Below, piece by piece: positions 63,984 to 64,000 of a stretch of 64,000 nucleotides of DNA (positions are counted from its first letter, which is position 1; each line of letters starts with the position of its first letter). The DNA lies in assembly GCA_964655395.1 (NCBI GenBank), contig CAZZMT010000108.1:9427-73426 (forward strand), written 5' to 3'. The notes beneath the pieces are model-generated. The model saw nothing but the letters and a program-made list of their open reading frames with translations. It was not told the origin of the DNA and ran no database searches. Source of the stretch: an uncultured Candidatus Bathyarchaeia archaeon. GTDB lineage: Archaea; Thermoproteota; Bathyarchaeia; Bathyarchaeales; Bathycorpusculaceae. A program made the translations under genes and the position numbers.

Positions 63984-64000
63984 GTTGTCGTGGGTTTTCG

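Overview
This is a gene-dense archaeal chromosomal segment of about 70 genes. Many starts follow a strong Shine-Dalgarno of the GGAGGTGA type.

Most of the window is conserved housekeeping. It includes topoisomerase VI A/B, ABCE1, thermosome, Sua5 and Cgi121 (t6A/KEOPS), UbiD, endonuclease III, Clp1-type kinase, RadB, CDP-archaeol synthase, type IA topoisomerase, AglB/AglH N-glycosylation genes and family B DNA polymerase. It also includes a NOL1/NOP2/Sun methyltransferase, agmatinase, two tandem MoeA genes, an ECF transporter module, prefoldin beta, GcvH, GAPDH and PGK.

The accessory-looking parts are:
- a VapBC toxin-antitoxin pair
- a Tad/Epd-like type IV pilus operon (41.2-47.9 kb) with very large pilin-like proteins
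- an alpha-glucan (glycogen-type) cluster (57.5-63.4 kb) with three GT4 paralogs and a GH57 enzyme

By eye I found no rRNA, tRNA, CRISPR array, transposase or integrase. No covariance-model search was possible.

Observations beyond the ORF track:
- an unlisted eL41 ribosomal protein gene
- a 24-aa hyper-acidic Trp-repeat micro-ORF with its own SD
- a GC-rich, SD-sequestering structured leader upstream of queT
- a decayed cytidine deaminase gene
- four frame disruptions that all sit at short homopolymer runs, two of them inside the pilus operon

I cannot point to a clearly novel multi-gene system. The queT leader, the micro-ORF and the pilus operon with its giant pilin are the best candidates for follow-up.
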